DNA of 64,000 nt from an uncultured virus (IMG/VR IMGVR_UViG_3300037067_011710) (IMGVR_UViG_3300037067_011710); one strand, 5' to 3'; shown: positions 20,341 through 29,500, counted from the stretch's first letter. A program made the numbers and translations. The notes: generated from the sequence alone by a model not told the origin.

Positions 20341-21092
20341 ACCCTCTCATTACATTTCTGACAGCAAAACTTCTCAATTTGGTGCAATTCCCATGCAATC
20401 TGCCGGTCAACGTTATTTATCTTGTTAAAAATCGCTCGATATTCTTGCGTATTAACTATCCCCAGCCATCGTTCGGCCCGGTCCCGCGGTATCCTGGCAC
20501 GAAGCCTTATTTTGGCTGCATCAGCGTCGGTCATACCCCTGATTGCTCCGGCGTGGATACCAAAATGCCTTCTCACAAGGGAGTCCCTTGCTGGCAACTG
20601 CATACCTGATTCGGTTATTATCTTGGCGAGAATGTATTCATCTTCTCCCACTGCTTTCCCGATTTCTCCCCGGCGTAACGCCCAATAATACTTCTCTCTG
20701 GCCTCTTTGGTGCGCTTAAACCATGATACGTGCCCGAAGTGCAGGCCGGTCACCGGTCGCCCACCCTTGGCGTTGGAATAGCATTGACCGGTCTGCTGCA
20801 TGCTTTGCAGGTGATACTCCATGAGAGTAGGTTCACTGCGTAGAATAAAGAGATCCACGTCACCGATATAGAAATACTGAAATCCTTCCCGGTAATACTC
20901 GACTGGTGGCTCCATGACATATCTCATGACTGCCCCATAGTACGGTCCCCATCCGTGGCTTTGTGGCGGTCCCCAAGTAGTAAACACCATCGGTCGATAC
21001 TCCGGATACTCATGGTGAATACAAAAGCGCCACAGGTCGGAGAACGCTTGATATCGACCTGTGGCGAACGTGTAGACGAAAAGCTTGTTCAT
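20337..21092 (-). CDS. Glycosyltransferase-like protein
   Basis: YFYIGDVDLFI DxD motif; TGLHF; DEYIL. Confidence 0.55.
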   Translation of the reverse strand: MNKLFVYTFATGRYQAFSDLWRFCIHHEYPEYRPMVFTTWGPPQSHGWGPYYGAVMRYVMEPPVEYYREGFQYFYIGDVDLFILRSEPTLMEYHLQSMQQTGQCYSNAKGGRPVTGLHFGHVSWFKRTKEAREKYYWALRRGEIGKAVGEDEYILAKIITESGMQLPARDSLVRRHFGIHAGAIRGMTDADAAKIRLRARIPRDRAERWLGIVNTQEYRAIFNKINNVDRQIAWELHQIEKFCCQKCNERV

Positions 21093-21601
21093 GCAACCCT
21101 TCCAAAATCACCATGCAACATGCGACTTGCTTCAGCATATGCTTCAGCGGCTTTCTCACGATTATTAAAATATCCAAGAAATTTTAATTTTCTTTTTAAA
21201 TAAATTTGTGCACGCCATTTTTTATTTTGTTTATACCAGTATACACCCTTGAACCCAGATGTGTTATTTTGATGAATTTTCTGATTATGTTGATTTTGAG
21301 AAGCAGTAGCAAATCGTAAGTTTAATCTTCTATTATTCAATCCATTTCTGTCACGATGATCAACTTCAACATCGAAAGGGGCATTTGTAATAAATCGATG
21401 CATGGAAATTGTGTGTCGTTTTCCATTCTCATCACTTCTGGAACAACAACAAGCATACACGGTGTTCTCTGCCGGTACAGCAAACCAATTACGTTTTTTA
21501 ATCAACGAAACATCCATCACATCAATAACCGCCTCATGTCCCCTCGTTAATGGAACATATGCAATATCTCCTTCAATGCGAATATGACGAATTTCGTTCA
21601 C
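21089..21601 (-). CDS. HNH endonuclease with AP2 domain
   Basis: VDHRDRNGLNNRRLNLR; NTSGFKGVYW...KWRAQI...LGYF. Confidence 0.9.
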   Translation of the reverse strand: MNEIRHIRIEGDIAYVPLTRGHEAVIDVMDVSLIKKRNWFAVPAENTVYACCCSRSDENGKRHTISMHRFITNAPFDVEVDHRDRNGLNNRRLNLRFATASQNQHNQKIHQNNTSGFKGVYWYKQNKKWRAQIYLKRKLKFLGYFNNREKAAEAYAEASRMLHGDFGRVA

Positions 21602-21619
21602 AATAAATTGTTTTTTATT

Positions 21620-21919
21620 TTATTCGGAAGGTTTAAAGGCATCACGATTTTCAACCATAATTATGTATTCCTCTTTTACGAATGCATATTGTATTCCATT
21701 TATAGTCTCCGTGAACCCGTCCTTTTGCGTTCCAACCCGGTCAAACCTTACAACATCATCCTGCTGAACCCATTGATTATCAACGCCAGCCAATGAAACA
21801 ACTCCGCGAAATGGAGTTCGGCTGTCTTTAGCACTGTCGGGAATAATTATTTTACCAGTAGTCGATGTTTCTGCACTCTCATCTCTTCGAATAGCGTTCC
21901 ATTTACCTGGACAGAACAT
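21620..21919 (-). CDS. groES: GroES-like co-chaperonin
   Basis: TTGKIIIPDSAK...GVV...G...DVVRF...INGIQYAFVKEEYII. Confidence 0.75.
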   Translation of the reverse strand: MFCPGKWNAIRRDESAETSTTGKIIIPDSAKDSRTPFRGVVSLAGVDNQWVQQDDVVRFDRVGTQKDGFTETINGIQYAFVKEEYIIMVENRDAFKPSE

Positions 21920-22193
21920 GCAAATCCTCCTTTTTTATGTATTTCAAATCGGATGCCTCAAAATTATCTCTTCCGCATCCAAGACATTTCTTTACCGGCT
22001 TACTACTGACCAACAAGACATGGATTGATGCTCCACATTCACATTGCGTCTGATAATCAATGTTTCGTATCCCGTTTATACGACGAATCAAATACTTGCG
22101 CTGATCGTCATTCAGTGTCCTTACCGTTAATTCCTTTTCCAGTTCTTGGCGTGTACTGTTCGTCATCCCATCGATCCAAGCCTGCCTGTTCAT
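21903..22193 (-). CDS. Hypothetical zinc-ribbon protein
   Basis: CECG...CLGC. Confidence 0.55.
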   Translation of the reverse strand: MNRQAWIDGMTNSTRQELEKELTVRTLNDDQRKYLIRRINGIRNIDYQTQCECGASIHVLLVSSKPVKKCLGCGRDNFEASDLKYIKKEDLHVLSR

Positions 22194-22443
22194 GAAGTAT
22201 TCCTTCCCCTATTACCTTATAAATTTCCTCTTTTACTTTGTTATCCACCGCCGCAATCTCTGCGTTCGCTATTTCGGTGAGTTGTTCGCAGAGTTTAACC
22301 ACATCAATCACGTTTTTTAAAGTTCTCTGATCCCGCGGTGCATCCTGCATAAATGCATTGGCTATCAGCTTGATAACGTCAAAATCAATATGAAACTCTG
22401 TTTTTGAGTTCAACCCGACCACAGTGATGATGCTGGTTTTCAA
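22108..22443 (-). CDS. Hypothetical protein
   Basis: 111-aa ORF in operon. Confidence 0.55.
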   Translation of the reverse strand: MKTSIITVVGLNSKTEFHIDFDVIKLIANAFMQDAPRDQRTLKNVIDVVKLCEQLTEIANAEIAAVDNKVKEEIYKVIGEGILHEQAGLDRWDDEQYTPRTGKGINGKDTE

Positions 22444-22982
22444 TTCTTCCCCGGCTCCTTCTGGCGTTCGAAAACCAATTTATCTTCTTCCCTATGAAAT
22501 CCACGATTCAGCAAGAATTTACGCCCCTCCTCGGTACTGTCATCCCAACTGGTTTCAAACCATTCCACTCGGTTATCCTGAAAAGCGCATATTAATAACC
22601 GGTCCATAATGCCTTGCTTACGGTACTTCGGTTTGGTGTGCATGTCCCGGATCGATATGTATATGCGCGGTCTCGGCTTCGACAACGGGGTATCCCTTAC
22701 CTCCAAAACCTTTCCGTTATCGGTAATCGGTCGCACCCATAACTCTAATGTGGCTATGGGCTTATCATTTTTAAATTCCTGCCATAGATAAATTTGAGCC
22801 GGTACGTGTACGCTGCGTATACCATCGGGATCAAGTGGATCACGCGGCTTGATACCATGGCATTTGGGACATACCACTCGCATTTTCTTTGCGTTGAGGA
22901 TGTCCACCTTGATCACATATCCGGTATCCTTGCACTCTTCGCAGTTAAACGTCATCCCGTCTCCTTGTCTTCGGTCGATCAT
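22440..22982 (-). CDS. GNAT-family acetyltransferase with N-terminal Zn finger
   Basis: CEEC..CPKC; IRDMHTKPKYRKQGIMDRLL; FLLNRGF. Confidence 0.75.
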   Translation of the reverse strand: MIDRRQGDGMTFNCEECKDTGYVIKVDILNAKKMRVVCPKCHGIKPRDPLDPDGIRSVHVPAQIYLWQEFKNDKPIATLELWVRPITDNGKVLEVRDTPLSKPRPRIYISIRDMHTKPKYRKQGIMDRLLICAFQDNRVEWFETSWDDSTEEGRKFLLNRGFHREEDKLVFERQKEPGKN

Positions 22983-23169
22983 ACTCGTATGCGAGATTTA
23001 CGGCGTGATTTATCACATCACAATTGTTGACCTGCAAGCAGTCATCAACATGAATTTCATGCATCAGTTTTCTCTCGAAATAGGCAAGCGCTTTTCGATT
23101 TTTTTCTATCACCGAATACACAATATGCTTTGTCTGAGAAATAGGTGTTTTTTTCTGTCCTCTGGGCAT
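22945..23169 (-). CDS. Hypothetical protein
   Basis: 74-aa ORF. Confidence 0.5.
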   Translation of the reverse strand: MPRGQKKTPISQTKHIVYSVIEKNRKALAYFERKLMHEIHVDDCLQVNNCDVINHAVNLAYEYDRPKTRRRDDV

Positions 23170-23199
23170 GCTATAAATATATATAAACCTATATTAAAT

Positions 23200-25239
23200 T
23201 CATAATAAATTTTCGTATTCTGATACCTTTTTTACGGTATCTTGCTGATTACCTATCAACTTCTCCCTAATCTGCATTTTTTTGCGAGAATACGGGACAA
23301 TAAACATCCCCTGATCCGACTTTCGCGTCTCCTCTTTTATATGAGCCTCGATCATCATCAGTGATCTTACCAGTGGATAACCTTGAGGTATCTTTTTATT
23401 CTCATAGCACATCCGGCGCAACTGCACATCAGTCTCAACACAGTCAGAGTGCAAGAGAAGTATGTTGTCGGCAAACATCTTGTTTACCCGAAACACTGAG
23501 GAATGCTCATCATACATAGCCCCCTCAAAAATTCGTATGCCGCATTTCTGCAATTCCTTCTTTATGTTCGACTTTCCCTTCTTTGCCATGGCTTCGTTGC
23601 AAAATATTTTCCTTACTGTGACAAAATGTTCCTGCGATTCCAGTTGAACAATTGCTTTCTCCCTGATTTCCTCTGCCAACAACCGCGGAATCGGATACGG
23701 CTGAAAAATTTCGTTATAGACCTTCAGCTTACGTTTGGCATGAGACCATAAATAGCATCCACCATACACGCCCCCGGTTTCTTCCAACCACAGAACGATG
23801 TATACGCTGACATTTTGAGGTTGAATCTTATCAAACTCGGTTTTCTCTTTATTAAAACTGGAAACATGAACCAGCGGATTGTAATATTCAATAATTGGTT
23901 TCGGGCCTACCAACTTTTTAAACAATCCTGATATAGCATCAGCCCTGTCTTTTTTCCCATATGGGAATCTGGCACATTGAGATAGTGTAGGTTTATTCCA
24001 CGACCCCCGCAAAAATTTAACCCGTCCAAATTCTGCCCATGCTGCCCATGGCCTAAACCTCTCTTCCTTCTGCTCTTTAACTGGATCAGCCTTTGCACTA
24101 AAGCCCTTGAATATCTGAAGAAGATATTCTGACCCCCATTTTCCTGTAGCCTTTGATTCTTCCCATTCTATTTCTACATCCCGTCCGTCTGTCTCTGCAG
24201 TCTGGCGCATTATGTTTTCAGCTTGCCCTGGGGTTTTCTGGAAAGCCTCTATGTCGGTTACATAGAATATCCCATCATATATCCCTCCTTTAGCTCCGGC
24301 CGTTTCACACGGATCATTTTTCTTTTCCTCATCCTTTTCAGTTTCTGCAAGATCCCAATATCGAGATTGTTTCAATTCTGGTGGAATACTATCGACAATC
24401 TCTATCCATGAAGGATCAAATAAATTTCCAGCTTCAGTAATAAGCCAGTTTCCTTTTCCTATTCGTTCCCTAGTTACCCGGTCAGTTCCCATTACCTTTG
24501 CTTTATATTCTTCCCGGTTGGGCATCAGTTCGTTGGTATCAAGAGGAGCATCGATATAGGTTACGCTTGTCGGTGGTCTTCTATCCTCATCTCTTGCATC
24601 AGGAGATACCCATTCTATTTCATCGGTATTCCTGTCCCTTAAAAAATATCGTAGTTTTCCGCTTCTTTCGGGTATAGCATATCCTGTTTCGGGGTCCCAC
24701 CACCATTGAAAAAACTCCGCACACCAGGTATCAGCATCAGCGTTTCCTGTACAAAATGTAAATGGTTTTATTCTACATTCACCATAATTTCTATTCCTGG
24801 TTTGTAAATAAAAAAACTGACTTTTAGTAAACTGTGGAAGTTCATCAAATACTTCACATGTCCAAGCCAATCCTTGGTGATGAAATTTATCCGATTCATT
24901 ATTTAAATGTCCTATTTTTATATAAGCATTTGAAGGAAACGTCCATTCGGTTTTTCCCCTTACACCGTACCCATTGATTGCGGGATAAATATCTTGAGTA
25001 ATATCCCACAACCCACCCCCACCAACAATATCGTTATATTGTCTCCTAAAAATTACTGCGGTATAATCTTTGATATGAGCGTATCGACAAGCTGCAAGAG
25101 TAGAAACAACACTTTTCCCTCCCCCTCCTGGTCCTCCCATAAATGTAATATCGGCAGATGAAAGCAGTGCTTGGGTCTGCGGTCCGGGTTGTGGTCCAAT
25201 TATAGGCCTTCCATCTCCGGAATATCCTACAGGTTTCAA
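23200..25239 (-). CDS. terL: Terminase large subunit
   Basis: PQPGPQT Q-motif, GGPGGGGKS Walker A, VFDELPQF Walker B, RYWDLAET nuclease motif. Confidence 0.92.
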   Translation of the reverse strand: MKPVGYSGDGRPIIGPQPGPQTQALLSSADITFMGGPGGGGKSVVSTLAACRYAHIKDYTAVIFRRQYNDIVGGGGLWDITQDIYPAINGYGVRGKTEWTFPSNAYIKIGHLNNESDKFHHQGLAWTCEVFDELPQFTKSQFFYLQTRNRNYGECRIKPFTFCTGNADADTWCAEFFQWWWDPETGYAIPERSGKLRYFLRDRNTDEIEWVSPDARDEDRRPPTSVTYIDAPLDTNELMPNREEYKAKVMGTDRVTRERIGKGNWLITEAGNLFDPSWIEIVDSIPPELKQSRYWDLAETEKDEEKKNDPCETAGAKGGIYDGIFYVTDIEAFQKTPGQAENIMRQTAETDGRDVEIEWEESKATGKWGSEYLLQIFKGFSAKADPVKEQKEERFRPWAAWAEFGRVKFLRGSWNKPTLSQCARFPYGKKDRADAISGLFKKLVGPKPIIEYYNPLVHVSSFNKEKTEFDKIQPQNVSVYIVLWLEETGGVYGGCYLWSHAKRKLKVYNEIFQPYPIPRLLAEEIREKAIVQLESQEHFVTVRKIFCNEAMAKKGKSNIKKELQKCGIRIFEGAMYDEHSSVFRVNKMFADNILLLHSDCVETDVQLRRMCYENKKIPQGYPLVRSLMMIEAHIKEETRKSDQGMFIVPYSRKKMQIREKLIGNQQDTVKKVSEYENLL

Positions 25240-25838
25240 TCTTGATTCCTGCCATTATCAGGTATGCATAAAAGTGGAATAATAACAGTATTACCTCCTC
25301 CACTCCCACCCTCGGTAATCTTATGATGTTCTGCCAGCAATCGTATCATGGCTTCCTTTGACCACAACTCGTATTCGTACACGTTCTCTATCAGCTTATT
25401 GGTATTTCCATCCTCATCTTTTCCGCCAATGTCAGTAACCCGCTGAGTGTGCTTTATTTTTTTAATCGCCCGACGCCCTGGTCCCATTTCAAAAATATTC
25501 TTCAGAGCAATCCCGCCACCTTCATCTTTTACAAATAAATTGGCAGGATCAGAAAAGGCTATCAATGCTGCCTCTTCCAGAACATTATCAGCAGTTTTAT
25601 TATATCTTTTTAATGCAACATCGACTTTTAGCGCTAAAAAATCTTTTGCCTTTTGAGTTTTTAACAGGTTGTATCCACTACGTTGAGCATTGGATGGACG
25701 ATAACCAGCATCTATAAAAGCCTTTTTTATATCATTACCATTAGAAATATATAAACAAAGAGCTTTTTCTTCTTTAACAGAAAGATTATCTTTTTTTTCA
25801 AATCTATTTACTGCGATTTTTTTCATACCTGACCTCAT
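25236..25838 (-). CDS. terS: Terminase small subunit
   Basis: AFIDAGY, ADNVLEEAALIAFSD, KEAMIRLLAEH; directly upstream of terL. Likely start is 25826 (GAGG SD). Confidence 0.85.
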   Translation of the reverse strand: MRSGMKKIAVNRFEKKDNLSVKEEKALCLYISNGNDIKKAFIDAGYRPSNAQRSGYNLLKTQKAKDFLALKVDVALKRYNKTADNVLEEAALIAFSDPANLFVKDEGGGIALKNIFEMGPGRRAIKKIKHTQRVTDIGGKDEDGNTNKLIENVYEYELWSKEAMIRLLAEHHKITEGGSGGGNTVIIPLLCIPDNGRNQD

Positions 25839-25904
25839 AACGTACTATGCATGCTGACGTTTTGCTTCAAAATGTGCGGAGCGAACAGCATGCGACTGTT
25901 GTAC
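25835..25904 (-). repeat. attC-like site 1
   Basis: TCATAAC..GCATGCTG...CAGCATGC..GTTGTAC. Confidence 0.75.
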
Positions 25905-26050
25905 GAAGTTCGCCCCGCTTCCTTAGTGTTCCCGTGGCGGCATTCCGCGCACAGGACGTGCGCAATCTTAAAAGCAATGGCCTGCTCCGCAGTGCCCACC
26001 GCGAATAGTATTTGTGGTAGTTATGATCCATCTCACGATTTTAGTAAACA

Positions 26051-26908
26051 TTACACCCATCCTTTCGATAAGGTTCCGTTTGCATATACAACCCCGTACA
26101 TATTTCTTGCCGGAGCAAAAATTTTATATAACCCTTTTATCCCGTCCATAAACGATGCTGATAAAGTTTTTTCACACATAAAGCATGATCGCTTCAAAAG
26201 TAGTTTAGCTTTAACGCCGGGAATTATGTTTTTTAATTCAACAAAAGACTGGCACCCACCGTAAAATGGTGATGGCAATTTAATGTCAAATGTGTTTTCG
26301 AAAGAAACGAAGCAATCTTTGCCGTGTTGAATTTCGGATAATTTTATTTCATCAAAACCCATTCCGTCATAATGACGAATGCAGTCCGAAATATCGGAAC
26401 GAGTATACAAATATGGTTTTACTATGTTTAAATTTATCCGCACTTTTTCTTTGGGTAACGAAGCATAAAAAGACTGCCGATCATATTTAGATTTGGTTTT
26501 TCTTATTTCGTCTGCTATCTTTTCATCGTGAGACTGTACTGATAAATTTATTCCGTCGATCAAGGAAATCAATTCTAAAAACAACGCCCTGTTGTCAAAG
26601 CATTTTTTAGGCACCGCAGTTGTTACAAACAATTTCAACTTAGTTTTGTTTTTTAATTCCTTGATGCACGAAACAAGTTCTTCAAGAAATAGGCATGGCT
26701 CCCCTCCAAGAAAAAGAACATCGTCGTATCCGTTGCAATGTTCGACTATTGTTTTTACAATTTCCGGTACATTAGGAACTGCTGCACCAACCCCGTGGAA
26801 TCGAGTGTCAATACAGTGGGCACATTTATTATCACAAGAACTTGTAAAGTGTACATCGAATGAATTATACAGGCCATCACAACAGTTCTTTTTGAAAGGA
26901 TTTTGCAT
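26051..26908 (-). CDS. Radical SAM protein (cassette 1)
   Basis: CDNKCAHC, LGGEPCL. Start reassigned to MQNPFKK because the ORF-track N-terminus lies in the neighbouring att site. Confidence 0.85.
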   Translation of the reverse strand: MQNPFKKNCCDGLYNSFDVHFTSSCDNKCAHCIDTRFHGVGAAVPNVPEIVKTIVEHCNGYDDVLFLGGEPCLFLEELVSCIKELKNKTKLKLFVTTAVPKKCFDNRALFLELISLIDGINLSVQSHDEKIADEIRKTKSKYDRQSFYASLPKEKVRINLNIVKPYLYTRSDISDCIRHYDGMGFDEIKLSEIQHGKDCFVSFENTFDIKLPSPFYGGCQSFVELKNIIPGVKAKLLLKRSCFMCEKTLSASFMDGIKGLYKIFAPARNMYGVVYANGTLSKGWV

Positions 26909-26987
26909 TTTCTTTTCCTCTTCGGCGCACGACGCGCCGTCTTTTTTCTGCCGCCACCTACAATTCAGATTTTGCGGGGCGAATTTT

Positions 26988-27124
26988 GTACAACAGACTC
27001 GCAAATGTGTGCTGGCATCCGGGGGCGTAACCGTACAGCCGATCGGTTCTGTAAGCACCTTCATACAAGGTACACCCTATGCATAAAAGAGACCCCGGAT
27101 GCTTGAACACTTTGCGTGTTAGCG
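26988..27124 (-). repeat. attC-like site 2
   Basis: AAC-AGACT-CGCAAA-T-GTGT..GCATCCGGGG...CCCCGGATGC..ACAC-TTTGCG-T-GTT. Confidence 0.8.
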
Positions 27125-27425
27125 GCTGTTAACCGCGATTCCACAACTCACCTTTCCGGCGCGTGTTTCTGCAACGTACTTTCGAACGGCAGACCGGTAA
27201 CACTGAAAACAAAGCTCCCTGAACTTGGTAAACACAGGCTTCCACGATGGCCTCGGAACACCCTTTGAATCCTTATCGACACACGGTACGATATGGCTGA
27301 ACTCTGAAAAATCACGGATCTGTGTAGAATGGCTGCCGCAACAATCGCAAATTACCTGCTCCATTTTATCTCCTATGTAAGCGCCGGAACTTTAATGCTC
27401 CAGAGCGGTTTATTGACGCTAACGT
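26991..27425. repeat. 435-bp direct repeat, copy 1 (cassette 2)
   Basis: Identical by eye to 28524-28958 (offset 1533); the ORF translations are identical. Confidence 0.95.
27119..27364 (-). CDS. Small Cys-rich protein (cassette 2)
   Basis: CDCC...LCFQC; AGGAG SD. Confidence 0.7.
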   Translation of the reverse strand: MEQVICDCCGSHSTQIRDFSEFSHIVPCVDKDSKGVPRPSWKPVFTKFRELCFQCYRSAVRKYVAETRAGKVSCGIAVNSR

Positions 27426-27590
27426 GCTCAGGCACCAGCCCGAAGTTGACCGACAATCCAATCGTAACAAAACCTCACGATATCAAACTCCTCTTCCGTG
27501 GCACGATGGTTAGTATCTTTAATACTCTGCTGATCATATGCAAATTCCAAATTCTTAACGTCGGGCAATTTTGGGCTGCCTGTGTTATCG
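27417..27590 (-). repeat. attC-like site 3
   Basis: AAC-GTGCT-CAGGC..AGCCCGAAGTTG...CAATTTTGGGCT-GCCTG-T-GTT. Confidence 0.75.
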
Positions 27591-27751
27591 GTCTGTTGCT
27601 CGGCGCTACCCTTGCTCTGCCGGGCATGCTGCAAACCGGCAACAATGTCTGATAACGCAATAACGGCATTTTCAATATTATCGCCCGAACAGCACTCCAT
27701 TAACTAATCGCGAATACTGCCTGCATCTTGTTCAAATGTTGATATTGACAT
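27428..27751 (-). pseudogene. Cassette 3 ORF with in-frame TAG at codon 16
   Basis: AAGGAG SD then MSISTFEQDAGSIRD*LMECCSGD..., continuing in frame into the 90-aa ORF. Confidence 0.55.
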
Positions 27752-27803
27752 AAATGCTCCTTAAATCCACGCCCGGCCTTTAACATGGCCGCCGAGCAAT
27801 TGC

Positions 27804-27931
27804 CGATAACGGCTTGCGGTACGCATGAAGTAAAGTACGACCGCATACCGCTTACCTTTATTTTATGCTACCGCTGTTAGTTTCCGTTTTGCGGCTTTCC
27901 AATTCGGCATGTTGGCCTTGCGTTGTTGGGC
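27804..27931 (-). repeat. attC-like site 4 (composite)
   Basis: AAC-GGCTT-GCGGTA-C-GCATGAAGTAAAG...CTTTATTTTATGC-TACCGC-T-GTT (27876), plus a second core GTTGGGC at 27925. Confidence 0.75.
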
Positions 27932-28118
27932 GTATGTGCCCGTTTTGTACCATAATACCCTGCGGTGGCCTTCTTTGTTCGTAGCGAATAGCCGCCAGCA
28001 TAGCACACTCACGAATCTCTGAGGGTGTAAGCTGCAACGCGTGAATATGATGCTCCAAAGAATCCACCAAAGCCTTAATCAGGGGGTCGTGCATATAACG
28101 ATACTCGATTGACTGCAT
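27858..28118 (-). CDS. Hypothetical protein (cassette 4)
   Basis: RYMHDPLIKALVDSLE...LTPSEIRECAMLA; start set at MQSIEY inside the cassette. Confidence 0.65.
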   Translation of the reverse strand: MQSIEYRYMHDPLIKALVDSLEHHIHALQLTPSEIRECAMLAAIRYEQRRPPQGIMVQNGHIRPTTQGQHAELESRKTETNSGSIK

Positions 28119-28160
28119 TGGCCACCGCCTATAATAAATTGTTTTCAAAACGGGCATTTC

Positions 28161-28298
28161 GCCCAACCTTTACGCAATGGTAGCTGCTCCGCGCCACTTG
28201 CACGGAACTTTAGGCCACCAACAATTTACACCATTACAAAACGGGCTGTCGCTTGCTTTACAGTATCTGCGCGGAGTTGATACCTTGCGTTGTTGGAT
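28161..28298 (-). repeat. attC-like site 5
   Basis: AAC-CTTT-ACGCAA-T-GGTA..CTCCGCGC...GCGCGGAG..TACC-TTGCGT-T-GTT. Confidence 0.8.
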
Positions 28299-28493
28299 GC
28301 TCGTAACCTTTGCCACCTTAATATTGGCGCGGTTTATTCTACGCCAAATGGTACAAAAGCTTGCACAACAAGCGTATCCCGAATAAAATGAATTATCATC
28401 GCAAATAGGCAATAATTTTGCACTATGTGGAGACTTTTGAAATTTACAATGCTCCGAGAACTGTTTAAAACTTACTTGTCTATATCCGCGCAT
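28170..28493 (-). CDS. Cys-rich hypothetical protein (cassette 5)
   Basis: Start MRGYRQ inside the cassette; the ORF-track N-terminus derives from att site 6. Confidence 0.55.
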   Translation of the reverse strand: MRGYRQVSFKQFSEHCKFQKSPHSAKLLPICDDNSFYSGYACCASFCTIWRRINRANIKVAKVTSIQQRKVSTPRRYCKASDSPFCNGVNCWWPKVPCKWRGAATIA

Positions 28494-28523
28494 TATAACT
28501 CCAAAGCAAAGGTTATTGCATTC

Positions 28524-28958
28524 CAACAGACTCGCAAATGTGTGCTGGCATCCGGGGGCGTAACCGTACAGCCGATCGGTTCTGTAAGCACCTTCATACA
28601 AGGTACACCCTATGCATAAAAGAGACCCCGGATGCTTGAACACTTTGCGTGTTAGCGGCTGTTAACCGCGATTCCACAACTCACCTTTCCGGCGCGTGTT
28701 TCTGCAACGTACTTTCGAACGGCAGACCGGTAACACTGAAAACAAAGCTCCCTGAACTTGGTAAACACAGGCTTCCACGATGGCCTCGGAACACCCTTTG
28801 AATCCTTATCGACACACGGTACGATATGGCTGAACTCTGAAAAATCACGGATCTGTGTAGAATGGCTGCCGCAACAATCGCAAATTACCTGCTCCATTTT
28901 ATCTCCTATGTAAGCGCCGGAACTTTAATGCTCCAGAGCGGTTTATTGACGCTAACGT
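28524..28958. repeat. 435-bp direct repeat, copy 2 (cassette 6, includes attC-like site 6 at 28521-28657)
   Basis: Identical by eye to 26991-27425. Confidence 0.95.
28652..28897 (-). CDS. Small Cys-rich protein (cassette 6, identical to cassette 2)
   Basis: Same 81-aa translation as 27119-27364. Confidence 0.7.
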   Translation of the reverse strand: MEQVICDCCGSHSTQIRDFSEFSHIVPCVDKDSKGVPRPSWKPVFTKFRELCFQCYRSAVRKYVAETRAGKVSCGIAVNSR

Positions 28959-29082
28959 CAAGCGAATATGTGAAGTGGCGGCACAGCCCCTCCCGACCGC
29001 GTTAAGCTCTTGTCGGGGCCAACACCACATGTTAACAGCACATAAGTCTGCTTGCCGCCATTTTATATATTCGCTGTTGTGT
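28950..29082 (-). repeat. attC-like site 7
   Basis: AAC-GTCAA-GCGAATATGTGAAGTGGCGGCA...TGCCGCCATTTTATATATTCGC-T-GTT. Confidence 0.8.
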
Positions 29083-29221
29083 GAACGTAAAGAAGGCTTC
29101 CATAGTGTAAGCGCGTGCTCGGTCGTCTTGACTAACTACCATTACGAATACACACTGGACGGTAAGCCCCAGGAACCAAACTAATAACGCGCCTACAACC
29201 ATAAAAGCCTTCTTTATTTCC

Positions 29222-29300
29222 ACACAACGTTTACGCAGTGCGAAGTCGGCGCTTCGCCGATTTGTGCGGAGTCTTCGGAGCCACACTGCGTTTGTTAAGC
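29222..29300 (-). repeat. attC-like site 8
   Basis: AAC-GTTT-ACGCAGTG...CACTGCGT-TT-GTT. Confidence 0.7.
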
Positions 29301-29464
29301 GAAGTTTTGGCGGCTACCGCTGTCTTCAGAGGTTTGCAAACCTCTGAGCCACACCATACTGTTTCTTCGTTTTCAAGTTTAACCTTGTAGGGTAAATCAC
29401 AATCTTCATCGTCAACAGCAACAATGACGCCACTTAATACAACTTTTGTTCCTATCTCAAGCAT
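29231..29464 (-). CDS. Small SH3-like beta protein (cassette 8)
   Basis: GGAGG SD then MLEIGTKVVLSGVIVAVD...PYKVKL. Confidence 0.6.
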   Translation of the reverse strand: MLEIGTKVVLSGVIVAVDDEDCDLPYKVKLENEETVWCGSEVCKPLKTAVAAKTSLNKRSVAPKTPHKSAKRRLRTA

Positions 29465-29500
29465 GTAAACCTCCTCCAATTTAAGAGCCGACAAAATTTT

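Noticed and set aside
26909..27064. N-terminal extensions of ORF-track calls 26051-27064, 28170-28643 and 29032-29286
   Set aside because: They are translations of neighbouring att hairpins crossing cassette boundaries. Internal starts fit better.
27700..27751. Genome-wide stop-codon reassignment (TAG readthrough)
   Set aside because: Long genes are intact under the standard code and several end in TAG. Only one in-frame TAG was seen.
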